Shown here piece after piece: positions 26,889-38,690 of a stretch of 64,000 bases of DNA (positions within the stretch are counted from its first letter, which is position 1; each line of letters starts with the position of its first letter). Under the pieces are notes generated by a model that saw only the letters and a program-made list of their open reading frames with translations, had not been told where the DNA came from and made no database searches. The position numbers and the translations under genes were made by a program. Origin of the DNA: Eledone cirrhosa (lineage: Eukaryota); NCBI GenBank assembly GCA_964016885.1, contig OZ024740.1, positions 121,954,001-122,018,000 of the forward strand, written 5' to 3'.

Positions 26889-27550
26889 ATATATATGTAT
26901 ATATATATATATATTTTCTTGATATATTTCTTTTTTTTTTTTTTTCTCTTCTTTCTTTTTCTTTTCTTTCCTTTTTAATTTTTATTTTTTATTTCTTAGT
27001 TTATAGATACATCTATAAATAAGCAGTCTGCCCAAACCGTTGAATACTGACCTCTCCCCCCCTCCCACCTAATTTCTGTATCTTGATCTAAATGTGTGTG
27101 GCAGTGTTTATGTGAGTGAATTAATATCCATGTGCTTATGATAATATTATATCCACATATATATATATGTGTGTGGGGGTATGTGTGTGTGTGTGTATGT
27201 TCGTAATTATGTGTATGTTTATGCATATACGCGCGCGTGTGTGTGATTGTAAGGATATGTGTGAGTATGAGAATATGTGTATACACTTATTTCATATTTA
27301 TGTGTCTATACGCATCTTATCTGTGCATTATAAACTTACAGATACATTAACCTTGAAATTTTGTATTTGCATGCATCTTTTTGGCAAGCGTATGCATGTT
27401 GAGTATACATTTTTGTATAAATATGAGTACGGGGTAGTTACATGTATATACACACACCGAACTGCATAAAATCTTTTGTATTTTCATTGGTCAATTTTGT
27501 TCCCAAACGGACCTGAAATTTTGAATTGTTGTTATTATCAATAAATATAT

Positions 27551-27704
27551 TTCATTATTTCTGAAGACGGCGTATATATGTGTTGGTATGTATGTTTAAT
27601 CTTGATAGTTTGTATAATTTTGTATAATTTTATACATAGATCTGTTGAATATGCATGCTAATTCTAACACATATATATCCTAGAAACGATCGTTAAATAA
27701 TGAA
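27551..27704 (+). ncRNA. Type I hammerhead with long stem II
   Basis: Perfect 10-bp stem I TTCATTATTT/AAATAATGAA, CTGAAGA, stem II TATATATGTGTTGG/CTAACACATATATA, GAAA, palindromic ACGATCGT, cleavage triplet GUU. Confidence 0.85.
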
Positions 27705-27901
27705 CTTTTTTTGTTTAATATAAGGAACTGTTTCATTGTTTTATTCATTATTTGTTTAATATTTTATCTTGACTCTGTATACCGTTTATCTTTCACCGAA
27801 AGTGATTTTTCATTACATCTCTTCTTTCCATGATATCCGGAATACATTGAGTTCTTCATACGGATTGGACACTACCGTAAACTCTTGGTAGATTTATCTA
27901 C

Positions 27902-27932
<31 letters not shown>

Positions 27933-28057
27933 CTAGTTTTACCCGCTTGCATTCATTATTTTGGTAATGTTAAGGTTGTTTCTATTAACATGCTAATATG
28001 TGATATCATTCATACTTAATGCTAGAGGACATATTACTATATATATATATATATAGG

Positions 28058-29791
28058 TAGAACCCTAGAGACTAATTTCTGTAGTAGTAGAACACTCAGT
28101 CCATGAGGGTAGTTTGGTAGAAGTAATAATCGAACAGTTAGTTCACCATACAGAGAACAAATGTTTCACCTTGTGGATCTTCAACTTGGACTGAGAATGG
28201 TTGTATGAACATGAAAAGGAGAAACAACCGTATGAATACACATGCGCAGAAAGAGTCACTTCTACCAGGCGAGACAAATCCACGGTCGAAAGGTGTAAGG
28301 GAGATAACTGCGGGTGTCCGGAATAAATTGTTCGAGTTGATTAGAATATTAGAATGTTGATGTTATTCAATTCGGAGCTTTATAATTATGCAAGAATTGT
28401 TTGCAGACGTAGGACATCGTGAGACAAGATCATTCTTGAATTCAGGCAATCGCTATTTCGTAAACTCCTCAGAATATTGATCCTTTCTTCAATGCACAAT
28501 CCACAAGACGGATTACCCTTTGCGTATAACTTGGTCTTAGTGATAGCTTTCCATTAGATGGACTAGCCTAAACTTGAGTCGTTGAGGGACCATACGTATC
28601 TCGTGAGTTTCGTGGGCGATTGTTTGTCCGGGTACCTTGAGGTCAACTAAGTCAAGAAGTTCCGCTTCGAAAGGAGCGAGTTCACTTACCTTAGGAGGGT
28701 AGGCTCTCGATTTCAGGTTGAAGGTGTTATTGGTGCCTGCAATGTTACCGTCAAGAGCTAGAGCATGCCATCTCAGGTGATTGACGACATCTTCCACTTT
28801 TTGTAGGAGAAGCTTTAAGTAAACATGGTTGGAGGGAGTGTGAATATTCTTTAGAGAGTAATCCAGTTCGTACAAATCAATTTTGACGTTGGTGAGACAC
28901 CAGAAAAAAATGTCTGGTTCTATCCGCCCTTCTCACTCAACGTTAAAACTAATGTAGGAAAATAATGTTTAGCCCGCTTAGATAGACACTTCCTATTAGG
29001 TCACAAATACCGCTCTATCTTTAACAGACACATGGTAAAACGAGGATACTCCAGCGCTAAGAATGTGAGGGCCCACAACCACGAGCCCTAAAAGAGGCAT
29101 CCCACCAGGATGCTCTTTCCGAAAGCTTGAAGCTTTTCCCCTTCAACAACAATACAACACACCCGCTGTAGTTTATGAAGATATGGTCACTTCCAGCCGA
29201 CCAAATCAACATCAGGATGTTAAATCCTATGTAGGTAGGGTGGAGTGCCGGTTGAAGGAACGCTTCCTGAACCAACAGTCTGATATACTGGGACAAACAA
29301 TCGTCCACGAAACTCGCGAGCCACGTATGGTCCCTCAAAGACTCAAGTGTAGATTACTCCATCCAACGGAAGGCTATCACTAAGGCCAAGCCGTATGCAA
29401 GGAGTAATCTGTCTTGCGTACTGTGCATTGAAGAAACGGTAAATATTGAGAGGGGATTACGCAATAGCGATTGCCTAAATCAAGATATGCGCTTTTCTCA
29501 CGTTGTTCACACGTTTGCAAACATCTCTTGCATAAATACAAAGCTCCGGATTGAATAACATCAACATTCTAATATTCTAATCAACTCGAACAATTTATTC
29601 CGGACATTCGCAGTTATCTCCCCTACACCCTTCGACCATGAATTTTTTACCGCCTGGGGGAAGTGACCGTTTTTGCGCATGCATATTCATACTGTTGTTA
29701 CACCTCTTCATGTTCCGTACAACTATACTCTTTCCGATCTGCAAGGTGAAACAATTGTTCTCGGTATGGAGAAATAACTGTTGTGTTACTG

Positions 29792-29793
<2 letters not shown>
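28058..29793. mobile_element. PLE family A in inverted arrangement: internally deleted minus copy (28058-28900) + plus copy (28905-29793)
   Basis: Minus: N-terminal YSLKNIHTP..LLQKVEDVVNHLRWHA fused to the GIY-YIG end and pLTR; plus: WFYPPFSLNVKTNVGK..YVGR..LKERF..CVLCIEE; HHR remnants near 28150-28190 (-) and 29733-29764 (+). Confidence 0.85.
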
Positions 29794-29864
<71 letters not shown>

Positions 29865-31990
29865 ATAATAAAATTGAAGACTAAAATCCAAAGAGGGCTC
29901 GATAAGGAAAATATATATCACATATATAAGAACCGTAGAGCAAATATTTATTAAAATAACAGATTAAAGTTTAAGCAAAGAATCGCTGCTTTCACCCTTA
30001 ACGGGATCTTCTAAAACTAACAAAGTCAATCTGTAAACGCAGAACTGGATATTTCAAAAAACGTTGCAAGCGGAGGAAGACAGGAAGACGATACTTTGGT
30101 TCGTGGTAACGTTCGCTGGCAAAGAACGGGAAAAAACGAATAATACGTCATTAATAGGAGCGGTGAAAAACAATTACGCGCAAAGACAAAACCACGTTTA
30201 TGGTATAAAAGAGGTCGTAGACTAATGTTCTCTTAGGTGGTGCATAGAGACGTTCTCTGGCAATGAACGAAAAAACGAAGATAATAAGTCATATGTGGTG
30301 CGTGGAGAACAATAGCACGCAAAGACAAAACCACGTAAATGGTATAGCAGAAATCGTAGACTAAAATTCAAACTAGGAGACCAAATGAATCTCCGCTACA
30401 GAGTTAAGAACAAAGTAAATAAATACAATACAGAAGTAATAGAAACAAATAAATACATACATGCAAACAGTTACGTACATACACAAGCATACGCAAAACC
30501 TTACCATGGGTATACAAAACCACGCAAATATAAATCTGTGTGTGTGTGTATGCTTGTGTACAAATAAATAAATAATTATATAAACGTATATAAGTAAATA
30601 AATACGTATATAACAAGTGCACGCGCATACCTACATATAAATACACGAATGTTCGGAGACGTAAGTCAACTAAAACAAGAAGTACACATATACACACACC
30701 CACCATTCGTACGAACCTGCACACTCACGCGGACGCAAAACTCCCGTATACACATAGCCAAACCCTAAATACAAGAATATGTAAAAATTATACGCTATAA
30801 CAGTCAAATATACGTACGAGAAGGTATACATACCTTCACAAAACATACGGGTAATATATACTTACCTATGCAAATAAGTAAAGGAATAAACAAAACATAT
30901 ACTTAGCTCCCACATCAAGACGTAAAATATCCACGTATAGATCGTGCTATCCGTTAGGGTATAACGTGGGGCTGTAATACAGGAAAGTGTTGTGCAATTT
31001 ATGTTTACAAGCCGAAATTTCCTCAGATTTTTTGTTTAATATGTGGTCTGTAGCGTAGAGTATTTCCAGGGCCTCAGCGGCGCAGAGGTCACATGGTCTT
31101 TTATTTCCGTTATACGATCTAGCCCTAGCTAGGATCTCCCAGTGTAACTTATATTTGGTGTGGTTGTCTTTTAGACTCCAGATATAAGCTGAAAGTGACG
31201 TCATATTCCTTCTTAGAGGGTAACGAAAAGAATGGGTATGCATGTAAAGACGCTGCTTGAAACTATTGGCGGTTAACCCTATGTAGGCCCTACGGGACGT
31301 GGGTGTTACAACCTTACATTTATAGACAATGTTACTAGAGAGGCATTTCCCGGATAGAGGGCAATCAGCCCGATTCCTACAATTACAGTTAGTACTAACT
31401 ACAGGGTTGCACGTGTTCCTACGGCTGGGTAGTTTAGCTAAATTTGAAGCTGTGATGTTATGTGCAAGGTTAGGAGTCGTAGAGTAAGACATTTTAATAG
31501 TATTTCTATTAAAAATGTTATTATATTTATGTGTAGGGGGAAAATGCTTCGTAATAAGGGAAAGAAAGATCTTAGCTAATGGTGTGGCCACCTCCATATT
31601 ATATGGTGGGTTAAACCAACAAATGCGACGTGATCTATTTCTTCTAGGTCTATTTTCGTACTCTGTATATGCTACCTTATCGACAAATCCACTTCGAGCA
31701 AGAGCTTCATTGTAATAAGTGGAATGGTCGTTGAAAATGCGCTCGTTGGTTTTGTCTTTGCGCGTAATTGTTTTTCACCGCTCCTATTAATGACGTATTA
31801 TTCGTTTTTTCCGGTTCTTTGCCAGCGAACATTACCAAGAACCAAAATATCGTCTTCCTGTCTTCCTCCGGTTGCAACGTTTTTTGAAATATCCAGTTCT
31901 GCGTTTACATATTGACTTTGCTAGTTTCAAAAGATCCCGTTAAGAGTGAAAGCAGCGATTCTTTGCTTAGACTTTAATCTGTTATTTTAA

Positions 31991-31995
<5 letters not shown>
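29865..31995 (-). mobile_element. 5'-truncated PLE with inverted pLTR copy
   Basis: GIY-YIG ORF on minus; 31740-31995 is an inverted copy of 29945-30195; (TA)n at both ends. Confidence 0.9.
30947..31720 (-). CDS. PLE C-terminal region with GIY-YIG endonuclease (5' truncated)
   Basis: Frame is open upstream of the listed ATG: YYNEALARSG..WFNPPYN, then KHFPPTH, CNCR..CPLSGKCL, NIVYKC..YIGLT..FKQR, CDLC. Confidence 0.9.
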   Translation of the reverse strand, partial: TYYNEALARSGFVDKVAYTEYENRPRRNRSRRICWFNPPYNMEVATPLAKIFLSLITKHFPPTHKYNNIFNRNTIKMSYSTTPNLAHNITASNLAKLPSRRNTCNPVVSTNCNCRNRADCPLSGKCLSSNIVYKCKVVTPTSRRAYIGLTANSFKQRLYMHTHSFRYPLRRNMTSLSAYIWSLKDNHTKYKLHWEILARARSYNGNKRPCDLCAAEALEILYATDHILNKKSEEISACKHKLHNTFLYYSPTLYPNG

Positions 31996-32021
<26 letters not shown>

Positions 32022-32642
32022 TAGACACGAAGTGACTAACAACAGAATGTTTTAGTCCCTTTAGTGTTCTAACATATATGTGTAGATCATCAATTTTAGT
32101 TTCATGGTCTGACTGTCGCCGTGGTGATTACATGCAATTGGCTAATTTTCAACCAATCAGAGTAAGTGTTGCTCAAAAGCATCCGCCATGTTTTTGTGTT
32201 TGTTTTCCTAGTTCACTTACTTTTGTTATTTCGTGGTTATATGATTTTTTTAAATTCATATTAACTATTTTTAAAATAAATGTAATATATTAACGTTAGG
32301 GTTAGGGTTAGGCGGTCAATAGATAAGATGAAAGTCTATCGTAAAAGTTTGTACAAATATCTTTAAATTTATCGTTTGTACAAAACGATTCTAAATTTTT
32401 GTTTGTAATAAATGTTTAAACATTTCAAAATACCCTATATTCATGTTCTGTAATGTCCCATTTTTTTGCGCCCTTGTGCCAAATAAAGAAATATATCTTT
32501 GTATCTTGTTCCTCTTTATATATTGCAATCGAGTATAGGCAGAGTTCCGATTGTAATACAAACTGTACTTTGTTTGTAAATATTTGTAAAAATAATTTTT
32601 CTAAAACATTGTAAAAATTTGTCACGCGCGTTTAAAAGTCTT

Positions 32643-32678
<36 letters not shown>

Positions 32679-33010
32679 CAAACTGAGGTTGTCTGTCTCT
32701 CTGTCTTTCTAATAAATGGTTGCCACACATCAAACTTATAGATTAAGCTCCAGCGGAGAGATCGGTCAAAACAAATTTCAAATCGAATGTGCAATATAGA
32801 TGTTTCAGTTAAAATGTATGAATATAGTTGAGAGACGAGTTATTCCCCTTTAATGCAACGTGAGCAGACGATAAATTATTGAAAAGGCGCAAATTTGTTC
32901 ACCCTTACGGGGTCGATAATATAATGTACCGGTAATACACTGTCACTATAAGTAGATACCCATTCACAAGCAGTATTTTCAAATATGTTCTTCGACAAAT
33001 AAAAAGGTTG

Positions 33011-34534
33011 GCACTACATCGAAATTGGCAGTCAGAAGTGAAAGTAGAAGAATGTGACGTCAATCTGACGTCATTCGTCAACCTTCGTTTATTTCCGCAT
33101 CACCACTACCACCATGTGTAAATAAATAAACTTTGAAATCACCACGTTGATGCAAAACTTGGTTTTTCACTTTGGGATAATACACGTATTTGCAACTTTT
33201 TTATGTTTATTTACGTTTAGCGTAATCGATTTGTTTCCATATCACCACGCGTTTTATTTCATAGTCATAATTATCAGATTAGAAAACAAATGAAGTTCAT
33301 GGGGCCGACACTACCGACTTTCTTAAAAAAAAAAAACAATTTAACGCGGGTAACCTTGTTTTGTAATACTGGCAGAAATTGAAGAACATTTTCCCATTGA
33401 GATTCTTAGCGGGTAAAAATTATTTATGGATGGTTGATACTCAGCTACCAGCTGCCACGAACACAGAAAGAAAGGAATTAGTATATAAAGTCCTTGACGA
33501 TTGCTTGTGCTTTCGCAATATTTAAAATTCTCTATATAATTTCATTTTTATCACGGCCGAAGCAGTAACGCTTCGAATATTTCAATAAATATTAACGAGC
33601 TACTCCCGATTTCATTCTTTCTTTTTTTAATGTGGTAGAGGGTATACGATTTGCCTGCTATTTCTAGCAACTTCAATGACCACATAATTGGTTTGTAATT
33701 CTGTTTTAAAGTGTAAGGGTTTACACAGCCATTTATGAATTTCTAAGAGATACGTTTACGATCAGATACACTTATTAAAAATACTTTCATTGCATAGTTC
33801 CGTTCGTAAAGGCTTTAATTTACTGAACTATTCGGGAACCTTTTAATAACATACAGAATTAAGAAAATAAATTCAACATCCGTAGTTTAATAATTATAAC
33901 TGCTTCTCGATGTGATGTCCAATGACTACCAAATAACCACCTAATTTTCCATAGTTAAAACAAAACGATAATATACAATCTTATTTAACATGTGCATTAA
34001 AAACTACACTAGCTGTTACAATTGTAATTAACGTGTAAGCAAAAGCTTAGATATTAACTTACGCAAGGAAATAGCAATAAAGCATATCAATGTAAGTGGA
34101 GTTAACTTCAATATCACGGCAAAACTGTCGCCAATCTGCTACAGCTACATTCGCGATACGAGATTCCTGTGAAATCCCCTTGGCTAAATCTACTTTTGCC
34201 CCAAAATACAATGTCAATTATTTGTTCACACTTCAATTTATTATTTTCAAGAAATGTGCCTTTCTAATCGACACCATTAGCGGTAGCGATGGAAATATCG
34301 CGATGATTAATTCCATTTACGCTGGGGTATAATGTAGAATTCATATTTTTCAAGTTGCAAATAAGTGTATTATCCCAAAGTGAAAAACCAAGGTTTGCAT
34401 CAACGTGGTGATTTCAAAGTTTATTTATTTACACATGGTGGTAACACGGAAATACAGAGAAGGTTGACGAATGACGTCATCTTGACGTCATGTTTTTCTA
34501 CTTTCACTTCTGACAGCCAATTCCGTTGTAGTGC
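33011..34534. mobile_element. Non-autonomous DNA transposon with ~185-bp terminal inverted repeats
   Basis: 33011-33197 is the reverse complement of 34352-34534; ends GCACTACA...TGTAGTGC; no transposase ORF seen; TSD unclear. Confidence 0.75.
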
Positions 34535-34619
34535 TAAAATGTTTGGTTCATACTATTTCGACTAGCGCTTGTTGTTCTACTCCACGCACGACCACCACAA
34601 ATTGGTGACCAGCTCAACA

Positions 34620-34790
34620 CAAGTATTGGTAGAGCGTCAGAAACCATGCTTTGCTGCATTGTTATGGCCTTTTGCGTTCTAAGTTCAAATCCCGCCAAGG
34701 TTAACTTTGCCTTTCATCCTTACCAGTTCGATAAAATAAAGTACCAGTAATGTACTGCGGTAATGGCTTTGTGCCGAAAAATAGAAACAC
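34620..34790 (+). mobile_element. tRNA-derived SINE
   Basis: GTTCAAATCCCGCCAAGGTTAACTTTGCCTTTCATCC...ATAAAATAAAGTACCAGT. Confidence 0.85.
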
Positions 34791-35351
34791 TATTAATGTG
34801 CAATGAGAGCAAAATCTCACGAGGTTGCTCAATTATTTTATCTAATGTTGCAACAATACAGGGAAATGTAGTTTGTGTACTTTTTTAAATATTTGCTCAT
34901 AGGCTTTTCCAATTTCGCTCAGCCAGCAACTATTAAAAAGAGAGTTGCTAAAGATAACAATTTAATCACAAATTGTGATTATCTTTTAATACACTCCAAA
35001 AAGTCATCAGATTATGTGCAATAAGAACAAATCTCATTAATCTCATTGCTCAGGGAATAAAGAAAATGTATATAGACTGATAATTGCAATTGTATGTAAA
35101 TATTTTATTTTTATATTCTTTATTTATTTTATGTTTTCTATTATGTATAATATATTCATTTAATATTGATTGTTTTTTGTTGTTGTTTATATTAAAAGTC
35201 TGAAAATATTTTTATACATCTTACACTAATATTTCTAAGATCATTTATAATAACAATTATATAATCTAATTACATTACAACGATAATTTATTATTAATAT
35301 ATACCATGTTTAACTAGAGTTATTACAAGCGTTGCCTTAGAAAAATATTAA

Positions 35352-35713
35352 ACTAGGCATGAAAAATGCGCAAGCTCAAAAGAGCCACAGAATGTTATAA
35401 TAAACCTTCAAAAGTGTGGGACTAGAGTTGTTACTCAAAAATATTGTAATCATTATCTATCGTACATTCTGTGGCGTCCTTTATAAAAATATCACAATAA
35501 ATACATATATGTTTAATATAATAACAGCTATAAATAATTACGTAATATTATTAAACATAAATGTATATATTGTGATATTTTTATAAAGGATGCCACAGGA
35601 TGTACGATAGATAATGATTACAATATTTTTGAGTAACAACTCTAGTCCCACAATTTTGAAGGTTCATTAGAACATTCTGTGGCTCTTTTGAGCTTGTGCA
35701 TTTTTCATGTCTA

Positions 35714-35715
<2 letters not shown>
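35352..35715. repeat. Foldback with ~165-bp arms abutting (TA)n
   Basis: ACTAGGCATGAAAAATGC... vs ...GCATTTTTCATGTCTAGT; near-perfect reverse complement. Confidence 0.9.
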
Positions 35716-35805
<90 letters not shown>

Positions 35806-35813
35806 GTGAGGTT

Positions 35814-35952
35814 GAGAAACCACAGACCCTCCATCTCAACCCTACTTTTGGAAAGCAGAAGAACTGCGAAACCGGTAAAGGAACCAAAGAAAATTATATA
35901 TATTTTTCTAAATAAGACGCCAGTTGCATTTTCGATTTCATCTTTTTTTCTT

Positions 35953-35955
<3 letters not shown>
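35814..35955 (+). repeat. Dispersed ~140-bp repeat, second copy at ~37524-37655
   Basis: GAGAAACCACAGA..CCTCCATCTCAA..CCAGTTGCATTTTCGATTTCATCTTTTT in both. Confidence 0.8.
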
Positions 35956-36045
<90 letters not shown>

Positions 36046-36048
<3 letters not shown>

Positions 36049-36499
36049 GAAATTTCGTTTCATTTTTTCCGTTTATCGTTTTCGGTGCACCCGGCCGATT
36101 AACCCACTCAATATGCAAATTGGGCTACTCAGCCGTTAATATGCATAAGGTAAGTATATACGTTCAACAATCTGGCAGGAAGGTATACGTTGCTGACAAT
36201 AGCTAATAAGCTTGAAACTAGAACAGCGTTCCTTTGTCAGTGTTGAACAAACGAGCAACTATGATTGCTGGACACTACGGCTTAATACGGGATGTTTATT
36301 TACAAACTCACCGAGCATTATAATAAATGTTCGGTGAATCCATACGTACATATACATATATGTGTGCATGTATGTATATATATATATACATACTACTGTA
36401 CGTCTGTATACATATATGTATGTACGTGTACATACTTATATTTAAGTAACAGCCGTACTAAGAGTGGGAAATGAAATTTCGTTTCATTTTTTCCGTTTA
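36046..36499 (+). mobile_element. Retrozyme-like monomer: 424-bp unit + 30-bp terminal direct repeat, inserted in (TA)n
   Basis: AATGAAATTTCGTTTCATTTTTTCCGTTTA at 36046-36075 and 36470-36499; decayed HHR at 36187-36229; collinear with the 467-bp unit at 52-53 kb. Confidence 0.75.
36187..36229 (+). ncRNA. Decayed type I hammerhead
   Basis: ACGTTG-CTGACAA-T AGCT AATA AGCT T-GAAA-CTAG-AA-CAGCGT; G8>A and U16.1>A relative to consensus. Confidence 0.65.
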
Positions 36500-37239
36500 A
36501 ATATATATATATATATATATTATAAAACATGTCTATAAAATCACAAGAGAAAATATATACTATTTCCTCTCCCAATTAGCATAATTAACTATATAAAGAA
36601 TCGAATAGACCAGGCTATACGAATGAGGCTTCTATGAAAGAATCTCCGACAAATAACCAAAACTAGCGCTTCGCGTCGGCCGTAGCGGAATATTTATCGA
36701 ATATTTCGACAGCGTAATCGCCTAGATACAGTCAACTAAACAGAATTAGGTTTAAAATAAACTAGGAGAAAATAGAATACATTTAAAACCTCTGCCATGG
36801 TTTCGTCCGTGTTTTGAGTTTTCCAATAATTATGTAATAATTATATAAACTCGAGCGCCGGATTCTTCAGGAAGCTCGCTCATATCTAGACATTACATTT
36901 TCCAAAGCGATCGCGCCAAGAATTCATTTCAAAATGGCTAAAAATCGTGACGTTGTCGCAGTCAAGTTGGAAGAGGTGTGGTAGTTGCTTACACAGGTGG
37001 AATTTTTGCTAGAAAGCACAGCACAATACAGCCAAATTTGTATCTCAACCTAGTGGGAGATTATTACATATAAAAGTTTACATATATATATATACATACA
37101 CATACATATACGTGTTTTGCAACTGGTCACTTTGTGGCTCAATGAAAAATTAATAAATTAAACAATCAGAGCTATATATCATAAAAAATGTCTCTCTCTC
37201 TCTATATATATACATATATATATATATATAAATTGGTAA

Positions 37240-37385
37240 ACGGAAAAGAAAATGCTGACAAATTGTTCAAAGTGAAAAATAGTTTAATTAGGTATAAGTG
37301 AGAATTAGTAATAGTATTGGTTAGTATTCAATTTTGGTTTTAAGTCTCACCGGTTGCGCATTTCTAATGCTTTTCAAAAATAATT
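37240..37385 (-). mobile_element. Short HHR-like element, minus copy of 60705-60870
   Basis: Reverse complement shares TTTTTGAAAAGCATTAGAAATGCGCAACCGGT..AACCAATACT..AATTAAACTAT. Confidence 0.7.
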
Positions 37386-37417
37386 TTGAGATAGAGCGTC
37401 CGTGATGTTTGCTCTGA

Positions 37418-37477
<60 letters not shown>

Positions 37478-37478
37478 C

Positions 37479-37515
<37 letters not shown>

Positions 37516-37716
37516 TGAGAGAGAGAGAAACCACAGAACCTCCATCTCAATTCTACTGTTGAAAAGCAGAAAAACTGCGAAAGGAACCAAATAAATATAT
37601 TTTTTTATTTTAAAATACTCCAGTTGCATTTTCGATTTCATCTTTTTTCTTTATACTTCCACGCATGTAGGACACCTCGTTTATTTTCCTTTTTGTGAAA
37701 AAAACGTCACACTCTA

Positions 37717-37759
<43 letters not shown>

Positions 37760-37762
<3 letters not shown>

Positions 37763-38690
37763 TCATGTTCCTCCTCGACATTTTTTCATCTTTTCGACCC
37801 TGCAACAACGAATTTACCACTTGGATATCGACGTGATTTTACATCCGGATGTTATCATCCACAACCATACACCGACATCCATTCAGAAAATTAGACACAC
37901 ACAGCCACTTCCACCATTTACGCACGCACGCAACCACACTACACATTGGACAATAACACACATCACCTATATACATACAACGTATCATCCTTTCTTAGCC
38001 ACACGAACACACATACACACCTACACATCTATACATAAACCCCCACTCCATGCCACACCAAAACCGGATTTAGCACGATCTCATCTCACCCCATCCAACC
38101 CTTTCCATACACACATACACACACACACTTACGCCCACACAGATACTATACACACACAGACACACACTCCACTCCAACACGCACAATGGTTTTTCAAAAC
38201 CCACAATCACATACACTCACTTTCTCCCAGACTCTCACACTTACATCCACGCATACACACACATACTTACTCTCTCTCTACACACACATCACCTTCCACC
38301 ATACCCATTCGGACTCCAATTTTTCTTTCCCCTAATCTCTCCCCCTCAAACCATCCCTCACGCATCACCACACCTTTGCCTTCCCACACCTCCCTCACCT
38401 TTTAATATTCTGTTTTTTTTTTTTTATTCTGTGTTTTCTTTATATATTCAGTTTAATTCTGTTTCTATTTATTTTGACTTTATGTTTTATATTTGTTTTT
38501 ATTTCTATATTTCTCGTCCTTTCATATTCTTCCCGCTAACTCCCTCCTCACTCCCTCTTGGAGTTCCTCCCCCCTCTCTCCTGGTGAAGTATTTATGTCT
38601 GAAACATCGTAAACAACACCCTCCCTCAATGCGTGAAGCTAATAACATTTTGTAACAATGACTTCTGCACTCGTTTGTTTGTCATTTTGA
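37760..38690 (+). mobile_element. Possible old PLE 3' end
   Basis: Between TA tracts; QQRIYHL..LHPD weakly recalls GIY-YIG ends; CA-rich UTR; CTGGTGAAG..CTGAAACATCGTA resembles an HHR relic. Confidence 0.3.

Larger units (their letters stand above)
22431..27900 (+). mobile_element. 5'-truncated Penelope-like element with ~4-kb microsatellite-rich 3' region ending in an HHR
   Basis: ORF 22446-23912, TG/TA-rich tract 24370-27280, HHR at 27551-27704, then (TA)n at 27903. Confidence 0.75.

Noticed and set aside
31921-31965. Hammerhead in the 29.9-32-kb PLE pLTR (CAAAAGA-TCCCGTTAAGAGT-GAAA)
   Set aside because: Core is altered in both copies and no stem I can be formed; at most a relic
32296-32312. 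(TTAGGG)~3 telomere-like repeat
   Set aside because: Too short and interstitial; such motifs are common inside invertebrate non-autonomous DNA elements
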